64,000 nucleotides of DNA, taken from NCBI GenBank assembly GCA_963708025.1, contig CAVPSB010000018.1:256001-320000 (forward strand), given 5' to 3'. This DNA is from an uncultured Candidatus Rokubacteria bacterium (lineage in GTDB: Bacteria > Methylomirabilota > Methylomirabilia > Rokubacteriales > DASRDR01). Of the stretch, positions 20,293-31,425 are shown in pieces; the stretch's first letter is position 1; the number at the start of each line of letters is the position of its first letter. Both the position numbers and the translations under genes were made by a program. Under the pieces are notes generated by a model, which was given only the letters and a program-made list of their open reading frames with translations, had not been told where the DNA came from and did not search any database.

Positions 20293-21246
20293 CTACTTCG
20301 GCGCGAGGGCCAGCATCCTGAGCGGCGACCCCGAGGCGCCCCGGATCCGGAGCGGCGGCACCACCAGGCAGAAGAGATTGACCCCGGCCGCGCCCAGGTC
20401 CTCGAGATTCGCGTTCTCGACCAGGTAGACGCCGTTGTCGGCGATCAGGAGCATGTGGACCGGGAACAGCTCCGGGCCGTTCACGGCCGGCCGTACCTCG
20501 TAGGTCGCGGTGTCGGTGCCCGTCAGCCGCACACCCTGGGCGGCGAGCCAGCGGGCCGCGTCGACGCCGGGCCCCGGCGACTTCTCGCCGAGATAGAGGG
20601 CGTTGTCCTTGCCGAAGTACTGACCCCAGCCGGTCCGGATCAGGACCGAGTCGCCGCGGCGGACCTGCACGCCGTGAGCCCGAGCCGCATCCTGGAGGTG
20701 CTGCGCGGTGATCACGAAGCCCGGCGCCAGCGGGTCCGGCCGCCCGCCCCCCGCGACGCGGGCCACGTCCAGGAGGATGCCCCGCGAGAGCAGGAGGTCC
20801 GCCGGGAAGGCCTCGATCCCGAGGTCGTTCCCGATGCCGTCCGGCCGCGCGGTGGCGGCCACGGCGTCCACCCCGCCGTGCAGCTTCAAGTTCCGGCCGA
20901 TGTGGCCGATGGCGTCGATCGTCGGCGCCCCGTGCTGCCCGGAGAAGTAGAGGATCTCCGATGTCCAGGAGACCTGGCTGCCGGGCGCCGAGCCGTACAC
21001 CTCGTGCGTCTGCCGGTGCGTGGCGTTGAGCGCGAAGGCGTACGGCGGGTTGAGGGACAGGACCGGCGAGCGGGAGTCCCACACGAAGCCCAGATCGAAG
21101 ACCCGGGCCGCGCGCACGCCGGTGATGAAGGTTTCGACACTCGCGGTATCGGCCGCGGCCGCCGGCGTGGCGGTCAGGGCGGAAGCGGCCACGACCGAGG
21201 CGGCGGCGGCGATGAAGTCGCGGCGGGACACGTCATCGGGCGTCAT
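20293..21246 (-). CDS. Cyclase family (kynurenine formamidase-like) protein with Tat signal
   Basis: SRRDFI, QHGAPTIDAIGH, LIRTGW, GASGSPLR. Confidence 0.85.
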   Translation of the reverse strand: MTPDDVSRRDFIAAAASVVAASALTATPAAAADTASVETFITGVRAARVFDLGFVWDSRSPVLSLNPPYAFALNATHRQTHEVYGSAPGSQVSWTSEILYFSGQHGAPTIDAIGHIGRNLKLHGGVDAVAATARPDGIGNDLGIEAFPADLLLSRGILLDVARVAGGGRPDPLAPGFVITAQHLQDAARAHGVQVRRGDSVLIRTGWGQYFGKDNALYLGEKSPGPGVDAARWLAAQGVRLTGTDTATYEVRPAVNGPELFPVHMLLIADNGVYLVENANLEDLGAAGVNLFCLVVPPLRIRGASGSPLRMLALAPK

Positions 21247-21281
21247 GACTTTCCTCCCTGAACGGCCCGGGTCCGGGCCCG

Positions 21282-21923
21282 CTACTGGGTGGTTCCGGTC
21301 CGGGGCATGGTCCGCGGCTCGGCCGGCGGGAGCGACGAGGACAGGCGCTGGGCCAGGATCCCCACCAGGAGGAGGATCGCCAGGAGCACGAGGGCGACGA
21401 CGGCGATCCGTCTCCGGGGGTTCCTGGCGTCCGGCTGGCCGGCCTTCCGGACCGGTCGCTCCGTGAGGAGCATCTCGGCCGGGCTGGCGGGATGGAGCCG
21501 CCACAGCGCCGGGTGAGCCCCGAGCGCCTGGATCCGCTGGCGGGCGGCCTCCGCTTCCTCGTGGGTGAGGGCGAGAAACGTCGCGAACTCGCCCTGGGTC
21601 AGCCCCGCCTGCACCTCGGACAGCGGGTGGGCCGGCGCCACCTCGCACAACCAGCGGGCCACCCGGTACCGGAGCCGCTCGTCGGCGAGCGCCTTGAAGG
21701 CGAGGGTGTAGGGTTGCTTGGTGCCGGACAGCGGGGCCACGCTCGGCGCGGCCTTCGGTCCGGCAGCGGCGGCGGGCTTGGCGCCGGCCGCCGCGCGTGC
21801 CTGGGCGGCCGTTCCGCCGCCGTTCAGGGGCGCCCGCTCGGCCGGCACCCGGAGGCGCGCGCCGCAGCGCAGGCAGAACAGGCTCTCGTCAGGAACGTTG
21901 GCCTGGCACTTCGGGCAAGTCAC
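21282..21923 (-). CDS. Zinc-ribbon domain membrane protein
   Basis: GGAGG RBS, CPKC...FCLRCG, C-terminal TM. Confidence 0.75.
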   Translation of the reverse strand: MTCPKCQANVPDESLFCLRCGARLRVPAERAPLNGGGTAAQARAAAGAKPAAAAGPKAAPSVAPLSGTKQPYTLAFKALADERLRYRVARWLCEVAPAHPLSEVQAGLTQGEFATFLALTHEEAEAARQRIQALGAHPALWRLHPASPAEMLLTERPVRKAGQPDARNPRRRIAVVALVLLAILLLVGILAQRLSSSLPPAEPRTMPRTGTTQ

Positions 21924-21955
21924 GTGGCCCCCTCCTCCCGACCGGCCGCGCCGCG

Positions 21956-23302
21956 CTAGAGCCGCGCCTCGACGGCGCCGATCGCGTCGTCCAGCATCGA
22001 CACCAGCTCGTCGGCCTGGGCGCGGGTGAGCACCAGGGGCGGCGTGAACTTCATGTGATCGCCCATCACGCCGTCCACCGAGCCGGTGCCGGGATAGGTC
22101 ACCAGGCCCCGGTCGAGCGCCTCCAGCGCGATCGCGCGCGCCACCTCGCGGTCGGGCGGGAACGGCGCCCGGCTCTTCCGGTCGGCCACGAACTCCAGCC
22201 CCACCATCATCCCGAGCCCCCGGACGTCGCCGACGATCGGGTGCTTCGCCATGAGGCCGTGGAGCCCGGCCAGCAGGTGGGCGCCGACCTCGCGCGCGTT
22301 GCGGACCAGGTCGTGCTCCTCGATGTAGCGGAGGACGGCCAGGCCGACGGCGGCCGCCACCGGGTGGCCGCTGTAGGTGTGGCCACCCACGAAGTTCGAG
22401 TTGTTGCGCTCGAAGGCCGCGATGAGCTCGTCGCGCACGATGACGGCGCCCAGCGGGACGTAGCCGCCCGAGATGCCCTTGGCGGTGGCGATCATGTCGG
22501 GCACCACGTTCCAGTGGTTCATCGCGAAGTTGGCCCCGGTCCGCCCGAAGCCGGTCATGACCTCGTCGGCGATGAACAGGACGTCGTTGCGGTCGCAGAT
22601 CTCCCGGATCTTCGGGAAGTACTCGGGCACCGGGGGCACCGCGCCCAGCGTGGCGCCGACGACCGGCTCCGCGATGAAGGCGGCGACGTTCTCGGGCCCC
22701 TGCATCCGGATGAGCCGCTCCAGGTAGTCGGCGCAGTACGTGTCGCACGACGGGTAGGTCTGCTTGAAGTGGCAGCGGTAGCAGTACATCGGGGGCAGGT
22801 GGCTCGACTCCTGGAGCATCGGGACGTATTTCCGGCGGCGGATCGTGTGGCCGCCGAAGCCGAGCGAGCCGAAGAGGTTCCCGTGGAAGGACTGCCAGCG
22901 GCCGATCACGATCGACTTCGACGGCTTGCCGCGCTCCAGCCAGTACTGGCGGGCCAGCTTGGCCGCGTTCTCGGTCGCCTCCGAGCCGCCGGAGACGAAC
23001 CAGACCTTGTTGAGGTCGCCCGGCGCGAACTTGGCCACCGCCTCGGCCAGCGCCGGCAGCGGCTCGCTGGTGAAGAGGTGCATGGGGACGAAGGCCACCT
23101 TGCGGGCCTGGGCGGCCATGGCGTCGGCGATCTCCTGGACCCCGTGGCCGATCGAGGTGACGGCCGACGCGCCCCCGGAGCCGTCCAGGTAGCGCTTGCC
23201 GTCCCGGTCCCAGAGGTAGACGCCCTCCCCGCGCACGATGACCGGGTATTCCCGCTTGAGATCGCGGTAGAGGACGCTCGACTGGATGACCTGCTTGCTC
23301 AT
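21956..23302 (-). CDS. Class III PLP-dependent aminotransferase
   Basis: SGGSEATE, FIADEVMTGFGRTG, AKGISGGY, GHTYSGHP. Confidence 0.92.
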   Translation of the reverse strand: MSKQVIQSSVLYRDLKREYPVIVRGEGVYLWDRDGKRYLDGSGGASAVTSIGHGVQEIADAMAAQARKVAFVPMHLFTSEPLPALAEAVAKFAPGDLNKVWFVSGGSEATENAAKLARQYWLERGKPSKSIVIGRWQSFHGNLFGSLGFGGHTIRRRKYVPMLQESSHLPPMYCYRCHFKQTYPSCDTYCADYLERLIRMQGPENVAAFIAEPVVGATLGAVPPVPEYFPKIREICDRNDVLFIADEVMTGFGRTGANFAMNHWNVVPDMIATAKGISGGYVPLGAVIVRDELIAAFERNNSNFVGGHTYSGHPVAAAVGLAVLRYIEEHDLVRNAREVGAHLLAGLHGLMAKHPIVGDVRGLGMMVGLEFVADRKSRAPFPPDREVARAIALEALDRGLVTYPGTGSVDGVMGDHMKFTPPLVLTRAQADELVSMLDDAIGAVEARL

Positions 23303-23574
23303 GTCGCCCCCTGGGCTCGGAGGAACGGTCCGCGCCGGCCCCTTTGCCGGTAGCGGGTAGAATACGGCCGCCGACCCGGCAAAATCAAATCGGCAGACGG
23401 GCCCGGCTGGGTCCCGCCGGCGGGCGGGGTCGCTCGAGACCGGGTCGCCACCCCGTCTGAGGGCGCTCGGCTTTCCACGCACCGCCCGGCCCGGTTCCGC
23501 TTCGTGGCCATCGCCCGCTCGGGATAGAATCCCCCATACGCCATGCGCGCGAGGGATCCAGCTCAACTGGCCGT

Positions 23575-24102
23575 GTGACCACCATGGTGCAGGGCTTTCG
23601 GCTGGCCCGGATGTCCCCACTGATCCTGGGCCTCACCCTGGTGGCGCTGGCTGTGCCAGCCGTGTTCTTCGTCATCGTGATCGCCGGGGGCCGTCTGTTG
23701 CTGGTTCCGGCTCTACTGGTCGTCGCCATCTACGGCTGGGTGTGGCTTCGATTTCGGCCGACCCGGTTCGTCGTGCATCCGGATGTCCTCGAGGTGATCT
23801 GGCCGCTCAAGCGTCGGCAGCTACGCCGGGAGGACATGTCGGATGTCCGACGCATCGACAAGCAAGAGCTCCGGCGTGACGCCGGGTGGTGCCTGCGGGT
23901 CGGGGCGGGCGGACTCTGGGGCGGCTTCGGCTGGCTGTGGACCCAGCGGCGAGGGATCGTGCAGATGTACATCTCGCGCACCGACGGCTTCGTGTGGATC
24001 GAGCGGGTCGGCGACCGGCCGTGGCTGATCACGCCCGAACAGCCCGAGGCCTTTGTGCGCGCCCTGTCGCCCCCCGGACGACCGGTGGGCCCTCTCCGAT
24101 GA
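23575..24102 (+). CDS. Bacterial PH-domain membrane protein
   Basis: Two TMs, RVGAGGLWGGFGW, WLITPE. Confidence 0.7.
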   Translation: MTTMVQGFRLARMSPLILGLTLVALAVPAVFFVIVIAGGRLLLVPALLVVAIYGWVWLRFRPTRFVVHPDVLEVIWPLKRRQLRREDMSDVRRIDKQELRRDAGWCLRVGAGGLWGGFGWLWTQRRGIVQMYISRTDGFVWIERVGDRPWLITPEQPEAFVRALSPPGRPVGPLR

Positions 24103-24103
24103 T

Positions 24104-24826
24104 CTACAGGATCTTGGACAGGAAGGCCTGCAGCCGGGGGTTGCGGGGGCGGTCGAACAGCTCCTGGGCCGTCCCTTCCTCGACGATCCGCCCCTCGTCC
24201 ATGAACACGACCCGGTGGGCGACCTCGCGGGCGAAGCCCATCTCGTGGGTGACGATGATCATCGTCATCCCCTCCCGCGCGAGCTGCTTCATGGCGTCGA
24301 GCACCTCCCGGACCAGCTCGGGGTCGAGGGCCGAGGTCACCTCGTCGAACAGCATGAGCTTGGGTTGCATCGCCAGCGCCCGCGCGATGGCCACCCGCTG
24401 CTGCTGGCCGCCGGAGAGCTGGGCCGGGTAGACGTCCACCTTCTCGGCGAGCCCGACCTTCGCCAGGAGCGCCAGCGCCTGCTGGCGGGCCTCGGCCTCC
24501 GGCCGCTTGCGGACCACGACCGGCGCCAGCATCACGTTCCGGAGCGCCGTCAGGTGGGGGAAGAGGTTGAACGACTGGAACACCAGGCCGACCTCGGCCC
24601 GGACCTGGCGGATGTTGGTCCGGTGGTGGTCGAGGCGGACGCCGTCGATCCAGATCTCGCCCGACTGGACGGGCTCGAGGAAGTTCAGGCACCGGAGCAA
24701 CGTGCTCTTGCCGGAGCCGCTCGGCCCGATCACGACGACCACCTCGCCCCGGGCAACCTCCAGGCTCACGTCGTCGAGGACGTGCAGGCGGCCGAAGTAC
24801 TTGTGGATGTGGCCGACCTTAACCAA
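24104..24826 (-). CDS. Polar amino-acid ABC transporter ATP-binding protein
   Basis: [29 protein letters not shown]. Confidence 0.95.
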   Translation of the reverse strand: MVKVGHIHKYFGRLHVLDDVSLEVARGEVVVVIGPSGSGKSTLLRCLNFLEPVQSGEIWIDGVRLDHHRTNIRQVRAEVGLVFQSFNLFPHLTALRNVMLAPVVVRKRPEAEARQQALALLAKVGLAEKVDVYPAQLSGGQQQRVAIARALAMQPKLMLFDEVTSALDPELVREVLDAMKQLAREGMTMIIVTHEMGFAREVAHRVVFMDEGRIVEEGTAQELFDRPRNPRLQAFLSKIL

Positions 24827-25490
24827 CCCGGAGCCTCCGCTCGGAGTAGCGCGCCAGGCGGGACAGAGGATAGCAGATCGCGAAGTAGAGCGCGGCCACG
24901 ATGCCGAAGACCTGGAAGGACAGGAACGTCTTCTCCATGAGGATCTGGCCGGCCCGCGTCAGCTCGACGTAGCTCAGCACCGACACGATCGAGGAGTCCT
25001 TGACGAGCCCGATCGCCAGCCCCACCGCGGGCGGGATCATGACCCGGACCGCCTGGGGGAGGACGACCCACCGCATGATCTCGAGGTAGCCGAGGCCGAG
25101 GGCCCGGGCCCCGTCCCACTGGTCCTTGCCGACCGACTGGACCCCGGCCCGGACGATCTCGGCCATGAAGGCGCTCCCGTTAACGACCAGCGCGGCGACG
25201 CCGGCCCAGAAGACCGGCACCTCCACCTTCAGCAGGATCGGCAGCGCGAAGAAGATGAGGTAGAGCTGCAGGAGGAGCGGCGAGTCGCGGATCACCTCGA
25301 TGTAGGCGGCGGCCGGCATCCACAGCCACCGGCTGCGGGCAGCCCGGCAGAGACCGACCACGAGGGCGATCAGGGTGCCGAGGGCCAGGCCGAGCGCGCA
25401 CAGCCGGAGCGTGTTGCCGAGTCCCTGCAGGAGCAGGAGCGCGTCCCACAGGTTGAGCTGGTCCTGGACGAACTTGGGGACCACGCCCAC
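24819..25490 (-). CDS. Amino-acid ABC transporter permease
   Basis: [20 protein letters not shown]-like loop. Confidence 0.92.
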   Translation of the reverse strand: MGVVPKFVQDQLNLWDALLLLQGLGNTLRLCALGLALGTLIALVVGLCRAARSRWLWMPAAAYIEVIRDSPLLLQLYLIFFALPILLKVEVPVFWAGVAALVVNGSAFMAEIVRAGVQSVGKDQWDGARALGLGYLEIMRWVVLPQAVRVMIPPAVGLAIGLVKDSSIVSVLSYVELTRAGQILMEKTFLSFQVFGIVAALYFAICYPLSRLARYSERRLRVG

Positions 25491-25494
25491 CCGC

Positions 25495-26160
25495 TCAGGC
25501 CTGGCGGAAGGCCCGCCGGCCGATCAGCTTCAGCGCCGCCGAGATGGTCAGGGTCATCACCACGTACATCGCCGCGACTACCAGGTACGTCTCGAACGAG
25601 CGGAACGTCCGGGAGATCAGCATCTTACCCTTGAGCGCCAGGTCCTCGACCGCGATCACCGAGACGAGGGACGAGAACAGGATGATGCCGATGAACTGGT
25701 TGCAGAGCGGCGGGTAGATGACCCGGAACGCCTGCGGGAATACCACGTGGCGCATGAGCTGGGGATAGCTGAGACCGAGCGACAGCCCGGCGTGGTACTG
25801 GCCGCGCGGGATGGCCTCGATCCCCGCCCGGATGATCTCGGTGAGGTAGGCCCCGTTGTTCAGGACCAGCCCGATCAGCGCGGCCGAGTAGTTGGGGACG
25901 TCGATGTTGACCTGCCCGAGCCCGAAGTAGATGAAGAAGAGCTGGACGAGAAGCGGCGTGTTGCGGACGGTCTCGACGTACCACGTCGCCAGCGCGCGGA
26001 TCCAGCGGATGCCGGACAGCCGGCAGAGGGCGCCGATGGTGCCGACGACCAGGCTGAAAAGGAGCGTCAGGAGCGAGAGGTGGATCGTCGTCAGCGCGCC
26101 CTCCAGGAGCGTCGGGAACTCCTGGAAGACGAGCCGGAACTGGAAGACGTAGCCGGGCAC
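25495..26160 (-). CDS. Amino-acid ABC transporter permease
   Basis: VRNTPLLVQLF, EIIRAGI. Confidence 0.92.
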   Translation of the reverse strand: MPGYVFQFRLVFQEFPTLLEGALTTIHLSLLTLLFSLVVGTIGALCRLSGIRWIRALATWYVETVRNTPLLVQLFFIYFGLGQVNIDVPNYSAALIGLVLNNGAYLTEIIRAGIEAIPRGQYHAGLSLGLSYPQLMRHVVFPQAFRVIYPPLCNQFIGIILFSSLVSVIAVEDLALKGKMLISRTFRSFETYLVVAAMYVVMTLTISAALKLIGRRAFRQA

Positions 26161-26200
26161 GCGGGGACGGGAGGCTCAGGCGCGCGGCGCCCGGGGTGGT

Positions 26201-27022
26201 CTACCAGCTAGGAGAGACCCTCGCGGGCTCGGCGTTGAACCACTTCTTGTACAGCTCCTTCATCTTGCCGCTCTGGTGGAGCTTGTAGATGTAGAAGTTC
26301 AGGAAGCTGAGCCACTCCTGGTCGTTCTTCCGGACGCCGAAGGCATAGGGATTCAGGTCGAACGGCTTCTCGATGAACCCCAGGCTCTTCTTGGGGTCCC
26401 GCCCGGCGTGGTAGACCGTGTACGTGTAGTCCTCGATCTGCGCGTCGGCCTTTCCCTGCTGGACCGCCAGCAGCGCCGCCGACGCCTGGTCGAAGCGCAG
26501 TATCTGTGCCTTCGGGGCCTTCTGGCTGACCAGGATCTCGCCGGTCGAGCCCGTGGTGACCGCGACCTTCTTCCCGTTCAGGTCCGGCCAGTCCTTGATC
26601 TTGGCTTCCTTCCGGAAGATGACGCCGAAGCCGTCGATGACGTAGGGCTCGGTGAAGGTGATCGTCTTGGAGCGCTCGACGGTCGCGGTGAAGTTCGAGA
26701 TGGCCACGTCGATCTTGCCGGCCACCAGGAAGTTGATCCGGTCGGGCGCCGTCGGCACCGCGACCAGCGTCAGCTTGACCTTCATCTGCTCGGCGAGGTC
26801 CTTGGCGATGTCCACGTCCATGCCGACGATGTTGTTCTGGGCGTCGCGGAAGCCCCAGGGTGGGAAGAAGTCGAAGGTGCCGACGATCAGCTCGCCGCGC
26901 TTGATGACCGCCTGCAGCGTGTCCTGTGGTGCCGCCTGCTGCGCCGGCGCGGTGTGCGGCCACAGCGCGAGGCCGAGCAGGGCCAGGAGAATCCCGCCTG
27001 CCGCGATCCGTCTGGTCCCCAT
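26201..27022 (-). CDS. Amino-acid ABC transporter substrate-binding protein (SBP_bac_3)
   Basis: Signal peptide, FPPW, GMDVDIA, ERSKTITFTEPY, KKWF. Confidence 0.92.
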   Translation of the reverse strand: MGTRRIAAGGILLALLGLALWPHTAPAQQAAPQDTLQAVIKRGELIVGTFDFFPPWGFRDAQNNIVGMDVDIAKDLAEQMKVKLTLVAVPTAPDRINFLVAGKIDVAISNFTATVERSKTITFTEPYVIDGFGVIFRKEAKIKDWPDLNGKKVAVTTGSTGEILVSQKAPKAQILRFDQASAALLAVQQGKADAQIEDYTYTVYHAGRDPKKSLGFIEKPFDLNPYAFGVRKNDQEWLSFLNFYIYKLHQSGKMKELYKKWFNAEPARVSPSW

Positions 27023-27134
27023 ACCGCCCCCTTTTGCGATGCATCGACGTCGGGAATCGCCCCGACACGCGCCCGCGCGTCCGCGGGACGCCAGATTCAA
27101 GCATGCGGCTCGGACTGTGTCAACCGGAGGCAGC

Positions 27135-27174
27135 GACACCGAGGCAGGCAACACCGAGGCAGGCGACACCGAGG
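27135..27174. repeat. 15-bp tandem repeat (RACACCGAGGCAGGC, about 2.7 copies)
   Basis: Directly visible upstream of the ABC operon. Confidence 0.75.
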
Positions 27175-27262
27175 TGGGAATACTGTGGTCGGGAGACCGG
27201 GGCCCAGGCTCGTCGGCCGGGCGCCGGCGCCGGACGTTGCCGAGGAAGTGCCGGTGGACGGT

Positions 27263-27306
27263 GAAAACAGACGGGAGGGTGCCGGGTGGTCCCCCGGCAC
27301 CCTCCC
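27263..27306 (-). terminator. Rho-independent terminator of the pilin gene
   Basis: 14-bp stem GGGAGGGTGCCGGG/CCCGGCACCCTCCC followed by GTCTGTTTT on the minus strand. Confidence 0.75.
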
Positions 27307-27327
27307 AGTGAGGCGAAAGGAGTGCGC

Positions 27328-27657
27328 TTAGCAGGCGCTGATGTCGTTCGGGTTGTACGTGATCTTCCCGTTGGTGGCGTCCGCCGCCCAGTTTGCGCCC
27401 GGGCACTGGAGCGCGAAGCCCTGGACCAGCGTCTGGAGCGTGCCCTGGGTCGGGAAGGTGCCGTCGTTCTTGCCGTAGTAGATCGCGCTGGCCGAGCGGA
27501 GCGCGGCGATCGTGCCGTTGTCGGCGGCCAGCCGGGCCTTCTTCTGGACGTCCTGGTAGAGCGTGATGGCGATGGCCGCGATGATGGCGATGATGGCGAC
27601 GACGACCATCAGCTCGACGAGCGTCACACCACGCTGGTTCCGCATCTGTCGGAACAT
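27328..27657 (-). CDS. Type IV pilin (prepilin cleavage motif)
   Basis: QRG|VTLVELMVVVAIIAII, C-terminal Cys pair, AGGAGG RBS. Confidence 0.85.
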   Translation of the reverse strand: MFRQMRNQRGVTLVELMVVVAIIAIIAAIAITLYQDVQKKARLAADNGTIAALRSASAIYYGKNDGTFPTQGTLQTLVQGFALQCPGANWAADATNGKITYNPNDISAC

Positions 27658-27754
27658 CGAGTTCCCTCCTCTGTACGGGTTCGGATCGGGCAGCCGGCTC
27701 CGGTCCCGAATGAGCGCCGGTCCGGGCTGCGGAATCGCACGCGCCCGGATGTAA

Positions 27755-27790
27755 TGCAAGAAGCGCCCCATCACAGGAAGTCCTTGATTC
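27755..27790 (-). promoter_or_regulatory. sigma54 -24/-12 promoter with adjacent IHF-like site
   Basis: TGGGGCG-CTTC-TTGCA with exact GG-N10-GC spacing; AATCAA-GGAC-TTC just upstream. Confidence 0.6.
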
Positions 27791-27991
27791 TGCGCTACGC
27801 TTCCCGCCCTCGTGTGGCTCATTCCGGTCCGGCCGGGTGTCAGGACGTCACAGCCGGCGGCCTGCGAATGAGCTCAAGCCCTTGTGGAAGTGAACGAATC
27901 TCGGCTTGCGCCGAGAAACGCGCGCCACGACCAAAAATTGCCAATGCGAGCCACCTAACGGTGGGACGGCGGAGACGGCCGGCGCGGCCTG

Positions 27992-30900
27992 TCAGCTCCG
28001 CTGCGCGTCGGGCAAGGTGGTCGCGACGGCGATGGGGACGACGTCGGCCCGCTCGGGGGCGAGCACGAGCAGGCTGGCGCCGGCGATGCGCAGGCCGGCC
28101 CCTGCCAGGGCGCGGCAGTAGGCGGCGAGCTGGGCCGTCGCCGCCGCGTTGACCGGAGCTAGCTTGACCTCCACCACGACGAGCCCGACGGCCGTCTCGT
28201 ACACGAGGTCGGCCACGCCCTCCACGAGCCGGCCGTCCACCAGCGCGGCCACCGGCAGCTCGCGGAGCGCCCGCCCGGCGCCCGCGGCGGCCTGGTAGGG
28301 CTCCGCGGCCAGGGCGCGCTCGACGAGCCGGCTCGCCGCGGCGATGCGCTCCGCGGGCGCCTCGAGCCGGGTCGCCGCCACCGCCGCCACGGCGCCCGCC
28401 GGTCCGGCGCCGAGGTCGGCAAGCGCGAGCGCCCGGTGGACGAGCGCGCCCAGGCGCGCCCCCTCGCCCCGCGCCGGCCCGTCGCCCGCCGGGTGGAGGA
28501 CGCCCGACGTCTCCCGCCCGCGGGCCAGCACCGCCTCGCGGGCGGCGGCCCAGGTGGCGGGCGGCGTGAGCGCCGGCGCGAAGTCCGCGGGCGCCGCGGT
28601 CGCGACGGGCGCCGCCGACTCCGCGGTCACGCGGCGGGCATCGGCCGTGGCCTCGTCGAGGAGCGGCGCGCAGAAGCCGGCGAAGCCCCGCGGCGTGAAG
28701 CCGGACAGGAGCGGGAGCACCAGGTGATCGCGCGCCCGCGTCGTGGCGACGTAGAAGAGACGGAGCTGCTCGGCCGCCGCGCGCCGCTCCTCGCGCTCGA
28801 CGAGCGCCGCCACGTTGTCCGTCTCCACCGTCCATTCCCCGACCTTGCCGAGGCAGACGCCGAGCGCCGGCTCGCCTGGCCGCCGGTCCACCACCAGCCG
28901 CGGCGTGCCGGCGGTCCGATCCCACTCGAGGTCGGGCAGGACGACGACCGGGAACTCCAGCCCCTTGGCCGAGTGCACGGTCATGAGCCGGACCACCTCG
29001 TCCCCCTCTTCCACGATGGGCGACTCGCTCTCCTCGTACCCACCCCGGTCCTGGGCCCGCAGCCAGCGCACCAGCGCGCGGAAGGTCGAGCGCCCGGTCG
29101 CCTCCAGGGCGCGGGCGGTGTCGAGGATCCGCAGCAGGTTGGCCACGCGCTGGTCCCCGTGCGGGTCGAGCGCGTAGGTCGCGAGGACCTCGGTCTCGAC
29201 GTAGAGGGCCTCGACGATCGCCGCCGCGCTCTCCCGCGGGCGACGGCCGTGGAGGTCGCGCAGGAGCCGCCAGGCGTCGCCGAGCACCGCCGGCGCCGCG
29301 GCCGGCAGCGGATCGAGGTAGGAGAACCGGCCGCCGGCGGCGGCGTGGGCCAGGAAGGCGCCGTCCTCGAGCCCGAAGAACGGCGAGCGGAGCGCGGCCA
29401 CCAGCGCGACGGGGTCGTACGGGTCCTCGATCGCGGTGAGCGCGGCGAGCGCCCAGCCGACCTCGGAGCGCGCGTAGTAGTGCCGCCCGCCCAGGGTTCG
29501 GTACGGCACCCCGGCCGCCCGGAAGGCGTCCTCGTAGACGCCGGCGGCGCCCAGCGTGCGGAAGAGGCAGACGACGTCGCCGTAGCCCGCGGCCCGGGAC
29601 TCGCCGCGCGCGCGGTCGCGCACGCTCCACGCCCGCTCGGCCACCGCCCGCCGGACGAGCGCGGCCAGCGCGTCGGCCTCGCGCGCCCGGCGCGCCTCGA
29701 CGCCGGACGGTGGCGGCGCGTCCGGGGGCTGGTCGAGGAGCAGGGGCGGCTCGCCGTCCGGCGTCCCGGGCGGCGCCACCACCGCGGCGTAGGCGGGCTG
29801 GTAGTCGCCGTCGTCGGGCGGCTGCATCTGCGTCTCGAACAGCCGGTTCACGGCGCCGAGGAGCCGGGTGACCGAGCGGAAGTTGGTCTCCAGCGTCAGG
29901 ACCTCGCCCTGCTCGGCGAGCAGCGCCCGCGCCCGCGCGTAGGTCTCGATGTCGGCCCGGCGGAAGCGGTAGATGGACTGCTTGGGGTCGCCGACGAGGA
30001 ACAGGCGTCCGGGCTCGAGGCGCACCGCGTCCCACGCCGGGGCGGCGGGGCCGGCCGGATCCTCGGCGAGGAAGAAGGCGATCTCGAGCTGGAGCGGGTC
30101 CGTGTCCTGGAACTCGTCGACGAGGAGCGTCCGGTAGCGCGCCTGGAAGTCGCGGCGGACGTCCGGCCGGGCGCGCAGGAGGTCGCGCGTCACCGCCAGG
30201 AGGTCGTGGAAGTCGAGGAGCCCGAGGCGGCGGAGGCGGTCGCGATAGGCGCCGACGAAGCCGGTGAGCCAGCCGGCGAGGCTGGCGGCCAGGTTGTGGA
30301 GCCGGACGGCGCGGGCGGCGGCGACCCGCTCGCCCAGCTCGGTGAGCGCCGTCCGGGCCCGGGCGAGGGTCTCCCGGCCCCACACCGCCTGGTTCCCCCG
30401 CCCCGTGACCTTGCGGAACGGCAGCTCGGTCAGGAGCGCGGTGATCTGCTCCGCCTCGGCCAGCGTCTCGGTGTGGCGGACCCAGGCGACCAGCTCGTCC
30501 AGGTGCTGCACGAGCCGATCGCTGGCGGCGCGGGCCCGGGCCGGGGCCGCCGCGGCGAGCTCCTCGAGCCGATCGCGCACCGCGTGGTTCAGCTCGCCGA
30601 ACGCTTCGGCGAGCGGGCGCCGGCAGCCCGGCGAGGAGATCGCGCTCCCTCACCAGCGCCTCGGCCAGCTCGCGCAGGCTCTGGAGCGGGACGCCGAGGG
30701 CGATCGCTTCCTGGAGCGCCGGCGGCGCGTCGGCGGCGGCCCGCTCGAGCCAGCGCTCCCACGTCTCCTCCAGCAGGAGCGCCGTCTCCAGGGGGTCGGC
30801 GACCCGGAAGCCGGGATCGATGCACGCCTCGACCGGCCGCTGCCGGAGCAGGTCGCCGCAGAACGCGTGGATCGTCCGGATGGGCGCCAGCTCGAGATCC

Positions 30901-31190
30901 GCGAGGGCCTCGTCGAGCCGGCGTTGTTCGGCGCTGGCGGCGTCGGCGGCGTCCGGTCGGGCGCGCTCGATCGCCTCCCGGAGCCGGAGGCGGAGGTCGG
31001 CGGCGGCCTTCTCGGTGAAGGTGATGGCGACCACCTCGTGGAGCCGCGCGCGGCCGCTCCGGACCCACGCCAGGATGCGGGCGACGAGGAGCGTCGTCTT
31101 GCCGCTCCCCGCGGAGGCCTCGACGAGGAAGGACGTGGCGAGGTCCCGCTCCGCCCGCTCCCTGGCCGGAGCGTCGGCGAGCACGGTCAA
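27992..31190 (-). CDS. addA: AddA-like UvrD helicase/nuclease (frameshift near 30620)
   Basis: ASAGSGKT, ITFTEKAA, VDEFQDT, VGDPKQSIYRFR, MTVHSAKGLEF, YVATTRA, C-terminal nuclease domain. Confidence 0.9.
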
Positions 31191-31384
31191 TTGGGGACCT
31201 CCCGCCTACCCCCCCAGCCCCCCTCCCGATAGACCGGATCGATCGGACGGCCTTCGGCCTGGGGGGGACGGCTCGGGCCTGCGGCCGATCGGACGGCCTT
31301 CGGCCTGTGGGCGACGTTCCGTCCTTCCGGAGGCCACTGGGGGGAGGGGGGTGTCGGAGGACCGAGACCTTCAAGCGCTCTCAC
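31187..31384 (-). repeat. Repeat family 2 with two hairpin modules; 65-aa micro-ORF
   Basis: Aligns with 15379-15527; modules at 31243-31264 and 31289-31310. Confidence 0.85.
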
Positions 31385-31425
31385 TCGACCTCCTCCTGGT
31401 CAGCCACCGCAGCGATCACCCGGAT

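Noticed and set aside
27328-27657. Conductive e-pilin
   Set aside because: Only 7 F/W/Y residues in 99 aa, and Phe1 and Tyr27 are missing.
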